The notes under the pieces are model-generated. The model was not told the DNA's origin. It saw only the letters and a list, made by a program, of their open reading frames with translations, and searched no databases. Positions 1 to 12,050 of a stretch of DNA of 64,000 bases are shown here, one piece after another. How positions within the stretch are numbered: the first letter of the stretch is position 1; every line of letters starts with the position of its first letter. The stretch is from Octopus sinensis. Lineage: Eukaryota. Position numbers and translations under genes: made by a program. The stretch lies in contig NC_043008.1 of NCBI RefSeq assembly GCF_006345805.1, positions 18,290,001 through 18,354,000 of the forward strand, given 5' to 3'.

Positions 1-179
1 GTGTAATAGTATGAATGCGTGTGGGAATATATATGCATATAGCTATATATACATGTGTGTAAGTGTATGCGTAAGTATGTGTATTCATATATATATATAT
101 ATATGTAAATAGACATATGTAGATATATATGTAAATATGTTTGTATATATATATATATATGAATATGTAAATATGTTTG

Positions 180-198
<19 letters not shown>

Positions 199-221
<23 letters not shown>

Positions 222-513
222 AAGGGAGAAAGAGAGACATATATATATATATAGTGTGAAATAGAGAGATAGATAGATATAGATATATACATATATGTAT
301 ATACACATATAAGTAAATATTTTGGATATACATAAATATATGTGTTTATGTATATACTTATATATTGCATGTGTGTGTATAAATATCTATATATTTGCGT
401 GTGTGTGTGCATACGTATATCTATATATATATATGCATATAAATATATGCATTATATACATATATATGCGTATATATGTGTGTGTATATATATATATGTA
501 TGTATTATGTATG

Positions 514-549
<36 letters not shown>

Positions 550-573
550 ATATGTATGTATGTATTATGTATG

Positions 574-611
<38 letters not shown>

Positions 612-901
612 AAGGGAGAAAGAGAGACATATATATATATATAGTGTGAAATAGAGAGATAGATAGATATAGATATATACATATATGTATATACACATAT
701 AAGTAAATATTTTGGATATACATAAATATATGTGTTTATGTATATACTTATATATTGCATGTGTGTGTATAAATATCTATATATTTGCGTGTGTGTGTGC
801 ATACGTATATCTATATATATATGCATATAAATATATGCATTATATACATATATATGCGTATATATGTGTGTGTATATATATATATGTATGTATTATGTAT
901 G

Positions 902-930
<29 letters not shown>
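199..930. repeat. Near-exact tandem duplication of a ~390-bp microsatellite-rich unit
   Basis: The unique stretch (AG)n-AAAGGGAGAAAGAGAGAC...GTAAATATTTTGGATATACATAAATATATGTGTTTATG... occurs twice, 390 bp apart (identical ORFs start at 322 and 712). The copies differ only in microsatellite length. Confidence 0.9.
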
Positions 931-946
<16 letters not shown>

Positions 947-2084
947 CATATATATATATACATACATATATATGTATGTATGTATTTATGTATGTATGCA
1001 TGCATGTACGTACGTATGTTCGTATGTATACGAAAATCTATTTGGAAACTTCAAATATTACACTAAGACATTTCATTTCTTTAAAAGCATGTCAATTGAC
1101 TTCTATGAAAAGCAGAAGATATAGAAAAGCTATAAATCAACGCTATACGAAAGATTAAATCAAAGCAAAATATATCTAGTAAAGTAGGAATTTTGTTTTA
1201 GAATATAAAAATGTAATATATTGTAATGTTTCTCATACTGCAACACTCAGATAGTCATTCGATACCCTGTGGATATGTGTACGTAGTTTGATGTATACAA
1301 ACACATCTCTGGAAAGGATCTGAGAGTGAAATAGTTATAATATATTTTATTAAACTAATGGAAATATTTTACATTCTCTATGAAGTGATGTGTTTCCCTT
1401 TATATCACGGGACATATTTTGAAAATATAATGACACCTGAATACTTAATACTGTGACATTGTTTACAACATATCATAAATCATACACATTCACATTCAAG
1501 TACTCTATTACCTCTATATTGTGAATATCTATCATTACACTTCAGCTGAAGCTCGTGATTTATAAGCAAAACATTATAAAGAAATATGTATAGCAGGTAA
1601 AATCGCAGCGAACGGTGACAACCATGCGGGTTCAAGTCACTGGCGCAGATAATACATATTTTATAGACCGCTAGGGAAACATTAATTTAAAAGAAATTGG
1701 GAACTACAAAATTGTTAATGTGTATGTCAAAATACATTCTGATATTTGTCCCAGCTTTCTATGTTTTGTATTCAAATTCCGCAGAGTCTAACATTCGTTA
1801 TTTCGATATCTGTATAAAATTGAACCAGTCCTAAGTAGTGGACTGAAATAAATTTTGACAGGATCAGATACAATGATTAGAGATACGTGTTCCTGTTATT
1901 TGAGTTCTATATTCTTGTGAGAAGACTTAATGTCACTCGATTTAAGAGTTCCATTTTCTTCTTGGCTGCTTTTAACTTAGCTTAAGCTCCTGTATGCATT
2001 CGGAACAAGAATTGTGTCTGCAGATAACGTTTCCTATTCATCACCAGTATTGGGCCATGGGGACAGTATATATCGGTGTCGTAT

Positions 2085-2304
2085 AAAGGCGAGGAGCTGG
2101 CAGAAACATTAGCACGCCGGGCGAAGTGCTTAACAGTATTTCGTCTGCCGTTACGTTCAGAGTTCAAATTCCACCGAGATCAACTTTGCCTTTCATTCTT
2201 TAGGGGTCGGTAGATTACGCACTGGGGTCGATGTAATCGACTTAAATCGTTTGTCTGTCCTTTTTTCCCTCTGTGTTTAGCCCGTTGTGGGTAGTAAAGA
2301 AATA
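2085..2304 (+). mobile_element. tRNA-derived SINE, family A, with target-site duplication
   Basis: Head AAGGCGAGGAGCTGGCAGAAACATTAGC..., box-B-like GAGTTCAAATTCC, central GCCTTTCATTCTTTAGGGGTCG and tail GTAGTAAAGAAATA. Flanked by the direct repeat AGTATATATCGGTG (2065-2078 and 2305-2318). Confidence 0.9.
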
Positions 2305-3417
2305 AGTATATATCGGTGCCGCGGCTCTTCTCTCTCTCTCACTCTCTCTATGTATCTATCTATCTGTCTACATCCCTACCTCTCTCTCCCTCTCTTACTC
2401 TCTCTCTCTCTCCCTCTCCTAAAGACAGATAGTTACATTGAATTTATGTAGATAAAAATGAACCTTTCGCACAACAAAAATCTTATTCACTATTCCTTTT
2501 GTTATGAGCCAAAGATGGAAATTCGATGCGGCAATGTCCCATGCTAGATATAATAGTCACATCTTCCTGAAATCACATACCCGCTTCTGAAAGAAGGAAA
2601 ACACACTGAGGAATCTTTTCGTAGACACACTGTATTAGTTAAAAAAAAAGTCATAGCTGGAATGATTTGGATCTTAAGTCTCTCAAACTAGGGAAGATTC
2701 TTATTTATAAATGACAACGAATATGAAATTTTTCATCATTACACTCATTCTTTTTCAATTTTTTTCTTATAAAGACATAAAAATTTATATTATTTTATAA
2801 AAGAAAAGGTGAACTCTTTTGGAATTTCCTAATAGTATTTAGTAGTTTGCAGCAATAAATTTTTTTCTAAAACATGATACGCAACACTTCTAATATGATA
2901 AATATAACTGGAACACTATTAAAGAATATTATTTCTATAAATATTTTGTTTCCATTTTACTTCATAACAAATTGTAAATAAAATTTACAAGGTCTCTCTC
3001 TTTGTTCCCCCGACTCACATATACACACACACAAACACACACACATACTCTCTATATCTTTCTCTCTATCCCTCCGTCTTTATGTCTCTCTGTTTCAAGA
3101 TTATGTATAATTTTAAGGCACATTCACTACTATCCGCATCACAATTATTATTTTCTATTTAGCTCTCCGAGAAAGAACTTATTTTTTATTCTTAATACTC
3201 TTCAGCAGTTCAAATTCGTTTATTCTTATATTGATATAATACTTTTGTGTATTAATTCCTGTGTTTGATTTATTGAATTCGTTCCAAACAATGTGAATTT
3301 AATTTTAAATTGTCCACGCGAATATAAGTAATGCAAAAACATATTATCTCTCTTCTAGCACACTTTTATATGCACACACCCACGCGCACATACGTACGTA
3401 CATACATACATAAATAC

Positions 3418-3520
3418 AATGTTCTCCAACGATGATAGTTTCTTTTCTGCCTAGAAGTTCCTGCCAAATTTTGCACAAATCCACCCTGCGGTTTCAAATT
3501 TAGACAAATATATTGATAAT
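3418..3520 (-). repeat. ~105-bp dispersed repeat unit, inverted copy of 6411-6516 and 6924-7032
   Basis: Reverse complement reads TATCAATATATTTGTCTAAATTTGAAACCGCAGGGTGGATTTGTGCAAAATTTGGCAGGAACTTCTAGGCAGAAAAGAAACTATCATCGTTGGAGAACATT, matching the two plus-strand copies. Confidence 0.9.
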
Positions 3521-3537
3521 ATATTTGTATATATATT

Positions 3538-3542
3538 ATGCA

Positions 3543-3573
<31 letters not shown>

Positions 3574-3575
3574 CA

Positions 3576-3604
<29 letters not shown>
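3538..3604. repeat. (ACAT)n microsatellite
   Basis: Long perfect tetranucleotide run. Confidence 0.95.
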
Positions 3605-3607
<3 letters not shown>

Positions 3608-3800
3608 CGAGGCCTGATCAAAAAGTATCAGAAGTAATGTCATATCAACGCATATCAATTCAGCACTTAATATCCTTCTACAGCCACATACATTATCCTA
3701 GGTCATCTCCATCGATGGAAGCATTCCTGAAACCCCTTTTTGGTAGACAATGAGAAGGCACAACGTCGCATTCTCTAGGACAACCTCGAGGTTTCGAAAT
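3608..3800. mobile_element. Mariner-like DNA transposon end (TIR remnant)
   Basis: TA followed by CGAGGCCTGATCAAAAAGTATC, a mariner-type terminal motif. No partner TIR found. Confidence 0.45.
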
Positions 3801-3847
3801 CTTATTGGCGTCTTCCATCGCGAAGACTGAGCCTTGGTCTCCGGGCC

Positions 3848-4197
3848 ATAACTGGGAGACACCCTTCGGTCATGAATGACCATGGGATTGCACCTAGAAA
3901 GGTATCTTCCGAGGTACAAGTCCGGGCAAGGTTGTTTTTAAGGAAGGCCAGCAGTCGCCCATGCATACCAGCCTCCACTCTCCACACCACTGATGTTATC
4001 GAAGGGAAAGGTAAAGGCCGATACAGCTTGCACTAATGATGTCGCAACTCATTTCTATAGATTGAGTTAACTGAAGCAACGTGAAATAAAGTGTCTTGCT
4101 CAAGAACACACCACACAGTCTGGTCCGGGAATCGAACTCAGACCCTCACGATCGTAAGCTCGACGCTCTAACTACTGAGCCATGCGCCTTCACATGG
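3848..4197 (-). mobile_element. tRNA-derived SINE, family D (CORE-like body)
   Basis: Minus strand: GAAGGCGCATGGCTCAGTAGTTAGAGCG (box A), GAGTTCGATTCCC (box B), then TTCTTGAGCAAGACACTTTATTTCACGTTGC (CORE-like), ending GCAATCCCATGGTCATTCATGACCGAAGGG. Confidence 0.8.
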
Positions 4198-4888
4198 TCT
4201 GCGGACCATAACTATAGACCCTCCATTGTTATGACTGTTTATCACAAAGTTGTTGTCTTCTTTGACAAAATCAATGAGATCCTGTTCAGCTGAAGAGTAA
4301 TGTTTTCGAAACGACCATACTCTATACACTTTACTTCCAAGCACTGCTATAAACAAGGCGAGTGCAGGAAAACGATGTAACTTAGTGTGCATGCGGAACA
4401 GAATTCACTATTATTCTGTACTGAACGGCTTTTTTATGCGTAATTTTGCTCCTTTGCCATAGTAATAGGTAGGATAAGTTTTGGTCAGAACTCTTAAATC
4501 TCAAGAGTTCCTATGGTTGTGTACAAGTAAATATACGACAGATGTATCATCACGTGATTTCGTGACCACGTGATCGAGAAGACTACCAGATATTATACAT
4601 CGCTGGTCACACTGAGCTTTGCATCATTTTAGCTTTGGAATGAATGCTGTCTTATTAGCTAAGGGAACAGGCTAACATTCCATCTCATCGGAAGCCTAAT
4701 CTATGGCCAGGGCACCAATTTACGCCTCCATGGACTGTAGCAACATAAAATGGAGTGTTTTATTCAAAACCACAACGTGGAGCGGAGCTGGAAATCATAA
4801 CCATGATCTAGTGATCATTAGTTCAACACAGCTAAAGCTGTAAAATATTAAATGAAATGTATATATCAAGCTATATCGGAACTTCATC

Positions 4889-4890
<2 letters not shown>

Positions 4891-4935
<45 letters not shown>

Positions 4936-4974
4936 CTACTCACACACGCATACCACACACATACGCATATATAC

Positions 4975-5047
<73 letters not shown>

Positions 5048-5098
5048 CATATATATACATATACATACATATACATATATAACATATATATACATACA

Positions 5099-5138
<40 letters not shown>

Positions 5139-5202
5139 CATACATACATATACATATATATACCTACATATACATATATATACATACATATATATATATA
5201 CA

Positions 5203-5295
<93 letters not shown>
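4891..5295. repeat. Compound (TA)n/(ATAC)n/(CA)n microsatellite block
   Basis: Direct inspection; it is the source of several spurious YI-rich ORFs. Confidence 0.95.
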
Positions 5296-5298
<3 letters not shown>

Positions 5299-5892
5299 GT
5301 ATAGCGTAAATGTATTCGTGAATAGTAAGAAAAATGTATGCAAAAGATTGTGCAATTTTTCTTCTTTGTTATTTTTCTTCTTCTTTTTTTGCTGTTGTTG
5401 TTGTTTGTAAATACGTGCACAGTTTCCCCTGCAGTTATCAAATATTGCGTCAGTAGTATTTTAAAATTCTGTTCATGACATTGTTAAACGTATTACATTT
5501 TGAAAGTGAAAGTGCATCAAAAATAATTGTTCATGTCGGAAAATTGTTCAATGTTTTATGCAAAGATCCTCTTCCGATTATATAAATGAATGAAAACACA
5601 GTTGTTTTTTTATTCTTTATATTTTGTTGCACTTATTTGAAGATTGCTGAATCTCATTACTAACATCAAAATCAATTATATATTTATAGTGCCAATCGAT
5701 AAATTTCCAAATTCATTTAAATTTCAAATATATTACATTGAATCGAGCTTAAACGCACACTATTTAATGTTCATTTAGATCTATTTATTTATACCTGATT
5801 TTTCGCAAATAATTTTTAACGAACGTATACGTTGTAAGAAAGACATTTTCAGAAGTGTAATAGAGATGTTATGAATGGTCATTTTTGAAACC

Positions 5893-6270
5893 TGGAAGCA
5901 CTCCGTCGGTTACGACGACGAGGGTTCCGGTTGATCCGAATCAACGGAACAGCCTGCTTGTGAAATTAACGTGTAAGTGGCTGAGCACTCCACAGACACG
6001 TGTACCCTTAACGTAGTTCTCGGGGATATTCAGCGTGACACAGAGTGTGACAAGGCCGGCCCTTTGAAATACAGGTACAACAGAAACAGGAAGTAAGAGA
6101 AAGCTGTGGTGAAAGAGTACAGCAGGGATCACCACCATCCCTGCCGGAGCCTCGTGGAGCTTTAGGTGTTTTCGCTCAATAAACACTCACAACGCCCGGT
6201 CTGGGAATCGAAACCGCGATCCTAAGACCGCGAGTCTGCTGCCCTACCCACTGGGCCATTGCGCCTCCAC
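5893..6270 (-). mobile_element. tRNA-derived SINE, family C, tail type 1
   Basis: Minus strand: GTGGAGGCGCAATGGCCCAGTGGGTAGGGC (box A), GGTTTCGATTCCC (box B), body ...TAAAGCTCCACGAGG..., tail ...GTCGTAACCGACGGAGTGCTTCCA. Confidence 0.88.
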
Positions 6271-6410
6271 TTTGAAACCTAAACACCGGCAAATTAATTC
6301 TTATTTAATTGTATTTGATGTAATAATGTAGCACAATTTTGAGCACAATGATAATGAAAAGCTTTCCAACACTGCTTCTCTTTTGGACACTTTTTTATAT
6401 ATGCTATATT

Positions 6411-6730
6411 ATCAATATATTTGTCTAAATTTGAAACCGCAGGGTGGATTTTTGCAAGATTTGGCAGGGACTTCTAGGCAGAAAAGAAACATTACTTGGA
6501 GAACATTACTTGGATACTATTTTACTTGTTTCAGTCATTTGACCGTGGCCATGCTGGAGCACCGCCTTTAGTCGAGCAACTCGACCCCGGGACTTATTCT
6601 TTTGTAAGCCCTGTACTTATTAGTTCGGTCTCTTTTGCCGAACCGCTAGGTAACGGGGACATAAACACACCAGCATCGGTTGTCAAGCAATGCTAGGGGG
6701 ACAAACACAGACACACAGACACACACATGC

Positions 6731-6763
<33 letters not shown>

Positions 6764-7032
6764 TACGACGGGCTTCTTTCAGTTTCCATCTACTAAATCC
6801 ACTCACAAGGCTTTGGTCGGCCCGAGGCTATAGTAGAAGACACTTGCCGAAGGTGCCACGCAGTGGGACTGAACCCGGAACCATGTGGTTGGTTAGCAAG
6901 CTACTTACCACACAGCCACTCCTATCAATATATTTGTCTAAATTTGAAACCGCAGGGTGGATTTGTGCAATATTAGGCAGGAACTTCTAGGCAGAAAAGA
7001 AACTAACATCGTTGGAGAACATTACTTGGATA
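6411..7032 (+). repeat. Pair of ~106-109-bp direct repeats flanking a SINE
   Basis: 6411-6516 and 6924-7032 both start ATCAATATATTTGTCTAAATTTGAAACCGCAGGGTGG and end GGAGAACATTACTTGGATA; they differ by several substitutions and a small indel. Confidence 0.9.
6516..6925 (-). mobile_element. tRNA-derived SINE, family B (CORE-like), full length
   Basis: Minus strand head AGGAGTGGCTGTGTGGTAAG, box B GGTTCAGTCCC, CORE-like CTTCGGCAAGTGTCTTCTACTATAGCC, internal CA/TA repeat, tail GGCGGTGCTCCAGCATGGCC...GAAACAAGTAAAA. Confidence 0.92.
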
Positions 7033-7857
7033 GGACACGATTTGTTACAATTGGGAAACGAAATTGGCAAATTGGATTCAAATATTGGAAATATTTCAAT
7101 ATATTTTGATTGTGACAGATATAGTCTTTTGTGAGAGGTTAGAGAGTTTTACCTGTATGAGCACGCACATTCGTGTTTCTGTGTGTTTTTGTACATGTCT
7201 GTGAGACACTGTGTGCAAATATGTGTCTCTACGTGTGAGCGATATATTGTTATAATTTAATATTAGAATCGGATTTTGTTTCAAAAAACATGGAAGAGGT
7301 ATGATGGCCCTTTGTGCATGATATTGCCGTTATGAAACGACACGGGGGTTGTTTGTGTCTCCACAGATAACTCATTTTCTAATCTTCTTTAATAAAGTGG
7401 TTCCATGTAAAAAAAGAAAAAAAGAAGTATAAAAGTTGTGTGCAATATTATTTCGAAACAGTCCAAAAGAACTTGAATCAAGGAATTGGAAATAATGGAT
7501 CAAAAACCAGCACTGATTAGATATGATCAGCAAGCGATTAATGAGATAAACCACAATGGAACGATAACGTGACATCTAACAAATGTTCAGCTAATGGCTT
7601 TTCTATTCCTCTCAGAAGAGTGTAATCATCTAATTATTTTTATCTTACAATAGAGTCGTGTAAAGAGTTTCAGATTGTATCAAAACGTGATGATCGTGAC
7701 AAATTCGACTTGGAAGGGTGAATCCGTCGTATCATAAATTTGTTTCGTCCTCAACTTAAAAATATATATGAGATTTAATCAAAGGTAAACATCCACAACA
7801 GGACACATTCAGATAATACCCCGAAGTGAATACATATGTGCAGGTTGGTATGTATTG

Positions 7858-7898
<41 letters not shown>

Positions 7899-7987
7899 CA
7901 TATATACATATATGTGTATATATGCATATATATACACACACATATATACACACACACACATATATACACACACACACATATATACAA

Positions 7988-8075
<88 letters not shown>

Positions 8076-8549
8076 CACTCTTCATGCAATTCTGCATGCG
8101 ACAAACAAGTGACCGAATTTAAAGTTTTAAACATGCATCTAGTAAAATCTATGTAGCCGTCGAATTATTCAGTTTTTACCATTTAGCTATAGTCAGGCAA
8201 TAAAATACACTTGAAACGCATATACACATAATATGGATGGCTTCTTGCATTCCTAAGATCAGTTACCTTTGCCAATTGTTTACAATAACCAATGCAATAT
8301 TCTACTCAAATATTTATAATTTATCATAGAAGTTAAAAGACCTAGAAATTCTTCCTTTTGATAGTTTTTGAAATTGATCGACATAAAAATTTTCCATATA
8401 TGTTACGTGTGCGGCTTCGTATGTAAACGGTATTAGCTGCTCAAACCAGAAACTGCTACAAATCAGTTCCTTCCGGAGAAATAAACTCATAATTCCCTTA
8501 TCAAACGCTTTAAAACATTTTGTAATTACAACTCTTTAACGATTTGTCT

Positions 8550-8712
8550 TTCACTTGCTTCAATCATTAGTCTGCGGCGATGCTGTGGAACTTCTTTTCA
8601 GAACATTTAGTCTGATGAATCAAGCACATCTTTTTTTTAAAACCTGGTAATGTTTCTATCTGTCTCTTTTGCCGAAAAGTTATGGAGACGTAAACATATC
8701 AGCATCATCTGT
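8550..8712 (-). mobile_element. Degenerate SINE-B 3' fragment
   Basis: CTTGCTTCAATCATTAGTCTGCGGCGATGCTG and TCTCTTTTGCCGAAAAGTTATGGAGACGTAAAC match the family B tail. Confidence 0.55.
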
Positions 8713-9876
8713 CATATATGTCTTGCAAACAACTTGCACAAGCAAGTGCTACCAGTCAAAAGCTCCGTATACCGGAAGACAGCAAGTGTATGGGGTCATC
8801 AGGAGAGAATGCGCGCCGTTTCGGGGCCCACCTCTCGACGGCATCAATGCGTACCGGCCCCCTCACTGATATGACGCCCCGCTTGCTAGATCAGCTGGTT
8901 ATAAAGTTAAACTCAATGCCCTTCTAGCCATCGCTCATCGTCTCTTTTTAACCAAATCCAGTGGCTAGCCTTCTCCACTGTAGATTGGATATCAGTCATG
9001 GTGGTATTGACTTTACGATGAGTTAGGCCTAGCGATAACAACAGTCGTCTCACGCTGTGTCCAACAAACCCTCTACATCCGACTTCGATAGGAAAATGTT
9101 CCGCTTTCCAGCCTGCGTCTTCACATTCCTCGAGGAGGTTTACATAACGGTTCAATTTTCGAGCCCGAGCGGCGTCCATATTATCTTCATGAGGAACCGT
9201 TAGCTCGACTATATTTACAACTTTATTTCTTTCACACCACATCAAAATATCTGGTGTTTTCGTAACTGGGATGGGAAAGAAAACCTGGCACCTAGGTAAA
9301 TCTGCAGTTACCTCCCAATAGCCGTTCCACTTTTCCTTTCTCTCAGGAAGTTTCTTGATCTTCTTCTTGAAACGGTTCCGCTGACCTGGTCGCACGAAGG
9401 TAATGAAATCTCTTGATGGTACTTTCAACGGTTTTTCCTCAGTGTTGAGATGAATTTGGTTCTTTATAGCATTGAAGATAACCTTAAGGACCAAGTTGTG
9501 CCTCCATGTATACCTGTTCAATGCTAATGAACAGTTGGAAAGAATATGTTTTAGTGTACCGACCTTTCCACATTTACAGATGTCATTCTCTGAGACGTTC
9601 CATCTCACTAGATTCGTAGGTGATGGCAAAACATCATAAGATGAACGAATCAGGAAACTCAGCCGAGATGTCGTCCACTTCCACATCTCATCCCAACTTA
9701 TCTTCCTCTCAACAACATGTTCTTCCCATCTCGTCATCTGACCTTGATGAACACATCGGATCAAATGAAGCTCTCTTCTCTCTGCTTCTCTTGTTTTGAC
9801 GCTGTTGCTAACAACAGATCTGCGTTCAGTCCGCATCATGCTTGCAAACGGTCTGAACTGATCCGCGCCAAAACCA
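8713..9876 (-). mobile_element. 5'-truncated Hero-like non-LTR retrotransposon (restriction-like endonuclease type)
   Basis: About 320 uninterrupted codons followed by a ~200-nt GC-richer 3' UTR; the 5' end abuts a (TA)/(TATG) microsatellite. Confidence 0.85.
8913..9876 (-). CDS. C-terminal ORF fragment: CCHC zinc knuckle plus RLE (PD-(D/E)xK) endonuclease
   Basis: CKCGKVGTLKHILSNC knuckle, RYTWRHNLVL, PDILMW, VELTVPHED, KLNRY and IEVGCRGF are hallmark motifs of Hero/NeSL-group RLE elements. The first ~33 aa of the listed 8913-9977 ORF come from the microsatellite and SINE and are spurious. Confidence 0.88.
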
Positions 9877-9921
9877 ATATATATATATATATATGTATGT
9901 ATGCATGTATGTATGCATGTA

Positions 9922-10311
9922 TACTCTTTTACTCTTTTACTTGTTTCAGTTATGTGACTGTGGCCATGCTGGAGCACCGCCTTTAGTCAAGCAAATCGAC
10001 CCCAGGACTTATTCTTTGTAAGCCTAGTACTTATTCTATCGGTCTCTTTTGCCGAACCGCTAAGTTACGGGGACGTAAACACACCAGCATCGGTTGTCAA
10101 GCGATGTTGGGGGATAAACACAGACACAAAAACATATAAACACACGCACACACATATATACGAAGGGCTTCTTTCAGTTTTCGTCTACCAAATCCACTCA
10201 CAAAGGCTTTGGTCGGCCCGAGGCTATAGTTGAAAATAATAGGCCTAGGTTCCACGAAGTGGGACTGAACGCGAAACCATGTGGTTCGTAAGCAAGCTAC
10301 TTACCACACAA
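9922..10311 (-). mobile_element. SINE family B, near full length
   Basis: (TACTCTTT)n tail end and the full family B body. Confidence 0.92.
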
Positions 10312-10708
10312 CATATATTATTATTGCTATTTATTATTATTATTGTTATTATTATTATTATTATTACCGTTATTCATAGCAATAAGGAGGTTGTTAACTA
10401 GTTCACACCATTACAGGCACAATATAAGATAAATTAATATTCAATAGGGTAAATAATACCACTTGCTAAAATCACAGACAATGCCCCAAAAACCACCATA
10501 AAAACACGATAAAGATACATATGAGCAATGCAATGAACATATGAGAAATAGGTTTACCTTTGCGTTGAATACATCAGTAAGTAATATATGTTTCAATACA
10601 AATTCATTTCACACATTGCATCAAAAACTTACTCTCCTATCTTCAGCTGAAAATAATATTTTAGCATCAATTTCTAAAATATTCACCACGTTAACTCGTA
10701 TATATAGA

Positions 10709-10873
10709 TATACACGAAGGGTTTCTTTCAGCTTCCATCAGTCAAATCTACACACAAGGCTTTGGCTCGCCTGAGGATGTAATAGAAAACACTTACCCAA
10801 TGTGCCACGCAGTGGAATTGAATCCGGAATCACATGGTTGGGAAGTAAATTTCTTACCACACAGCCATGCCTA
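10709..10873 (-). mobile_element. SINE family B, 5' half
   Basis: Head and CORE-like region only. Confidence 0.8.
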
Positions 10874-11014
10874 CGTGACTTTTCTTAGAAGCAAAAAATA
10901 TCTTCAATCTATTTCTCTTCATTCATTTTGCTTTATTTTAATTATATCAAGACAAGGCTTCTGTCAATGTACACTCTGTAGACAAAATCTCGAATGTTTC
11001 ATCTTAACATTTAC

Positions 11015-11116
11015 CTTTAGTACATTACAGCACTCAATTATATTTTCTATTATCTCGAATAGTTTTTCTAGATATATATATTCGAATAAATTATATGTGT
11101 AAAAAATAGCAAACAC
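11015..11116 (-). CDS. Candidate internal exon (E6) of an unidentified minus-strand gene
   Basis: AATGCTTTAG acceptor, 102 nt open in phase 0-0 (VFAIFYTYNLFEYIYLEKLFEIIENIIECCNVLK), donor AAG|GTAAAT. Confidence 0.45.
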
Positions 11117-11156
11117 CTAAAGCATTTAACTTAATTACATATTTAATTTCCCTGAA

Positions 11157-11477
11157 CGCAGGCTTGGCTGTGTGGTAAGAAGCTTGCTTCACAACCACAT
11201 GCTGCCAGGTTCAGTTCCACCGTCTGAAACCATGGTCAGGTGTCTTCTACTATAGTCACGGGCCTACTAAAGCCTTGTGAGTGGATTTGGTAGACGGAAA
11301 ATGAAAGAAGCCCGTCGTATATACGCATATATGTGTGTGTGTGTGCGTGTGCGTGTCTGTGTATGCGTGCGTGACTGTGTTTGTCCCGCCTCCACCGCTT
11401 GGTTTAACGAAAAAAATTGATTCAGTCAATTAAAATGTTCAATATGATGCCCCAGCATGACCGCCGCCTTATGACTG
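11157..11477 (+). mobile_element. SINE family B, diverged
   Basis: GGCTGTGTGGTAAGAAGCTTGC head, GTGGATTTGGTAGACGGAAA body, ATGACTGAAACA tail. Confidence 0.82.
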
Positions 11478-11713
11478 AAACATATAAATGATAAACGCTA
11501 TATATTTCTGCGAAGATTTATTGTATACTCGTTTTCGTATACAGTATAGTTATTTAAGCTCAAGTTTATCGCTGGCACAACTAGGTCCTTTTCTTTACTG
11601 TATATGGATTTAAAATATTTACTAAGAAAAGATAAATATTGAAAACTTAAAATTCTGTTTTTAGATTCGTTTAGATCGTTATTTTTTAAACTAGGCAAAC
11701 GACTTTGTCTTAC

Positions 11714-11785
11714 AATACTCGCAGAAAACATTATCCCTTCCTTAGCGGTTTCAGTTTCTATGAAATTATTTGAAAATCTCGTAAG
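11714..11785 (-). CDS. Candidate internal exon (E5)
   Basis: Strong acceptor TCTCTTCTCTTGTTAACAG, 72 nt in phase 0-0 (LTRFSNNFIETETAKEGIMFSASI), donor GTAAGA. The frame also stays open to 11498 if the donor is not used. Confidence 0.45.
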
Positions 11786-11856
11786 CTGTTAACAAGAGAA
11801 GAGATGTTTGTAGTTTCAGTTATAACATAAACAGATTTGTAATATCCTCTTGTGTA

Positions 11857-12050
11857 TAAGGCGGCGAGCTGGCAGGATCGTTAGCACACTCGGTAAAGTG
11901 CTTAACAGCATTTCGTGCGTTTTTACTTTCTAAATTCAAATTCAGCCGAGACCGATCTTGCCTTTCATCCATCGTGATCGATAAAATAAGTTCAACTTGA
12001 ATACTATCCTCCTCTCCTACTAAACTGCTGGCCTTGTGCCAAAATTGGCA
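11857..12050 (+). mobile_element. SINE family A, diverged
   Basis: AAGGCGGCGAGCTGGCAGG head; GCCTTTCATCC...GATAAAATAAG central block. Confidence 0.78.

Noticed and set aside
2085-2175. tRNA-like box A/box B sequences at the SINE heads (families A-D)
   Set aside because: They continue directly into SINE bodies and tails and lack a complete cloverleaf, so they are not tRNA genes.
8780-8850. GAAAC and CTGATGA motifs in the Hero 3' UTR (minus strand), suggesting a type II hammerhead
   Set aside because: The would-be stem II strands are both CCCC and cannot pair, and no NUH/stem III arrangement fits.
10629-10642. 14-nt minus-strand microexon candidate (TTTCAG|CTGAAGATAGGAGA|GTAAGT)
   Set aside because: Good splice motifs, but the next acceptor gives a stop in the required phase, so it was left out of the gene model.
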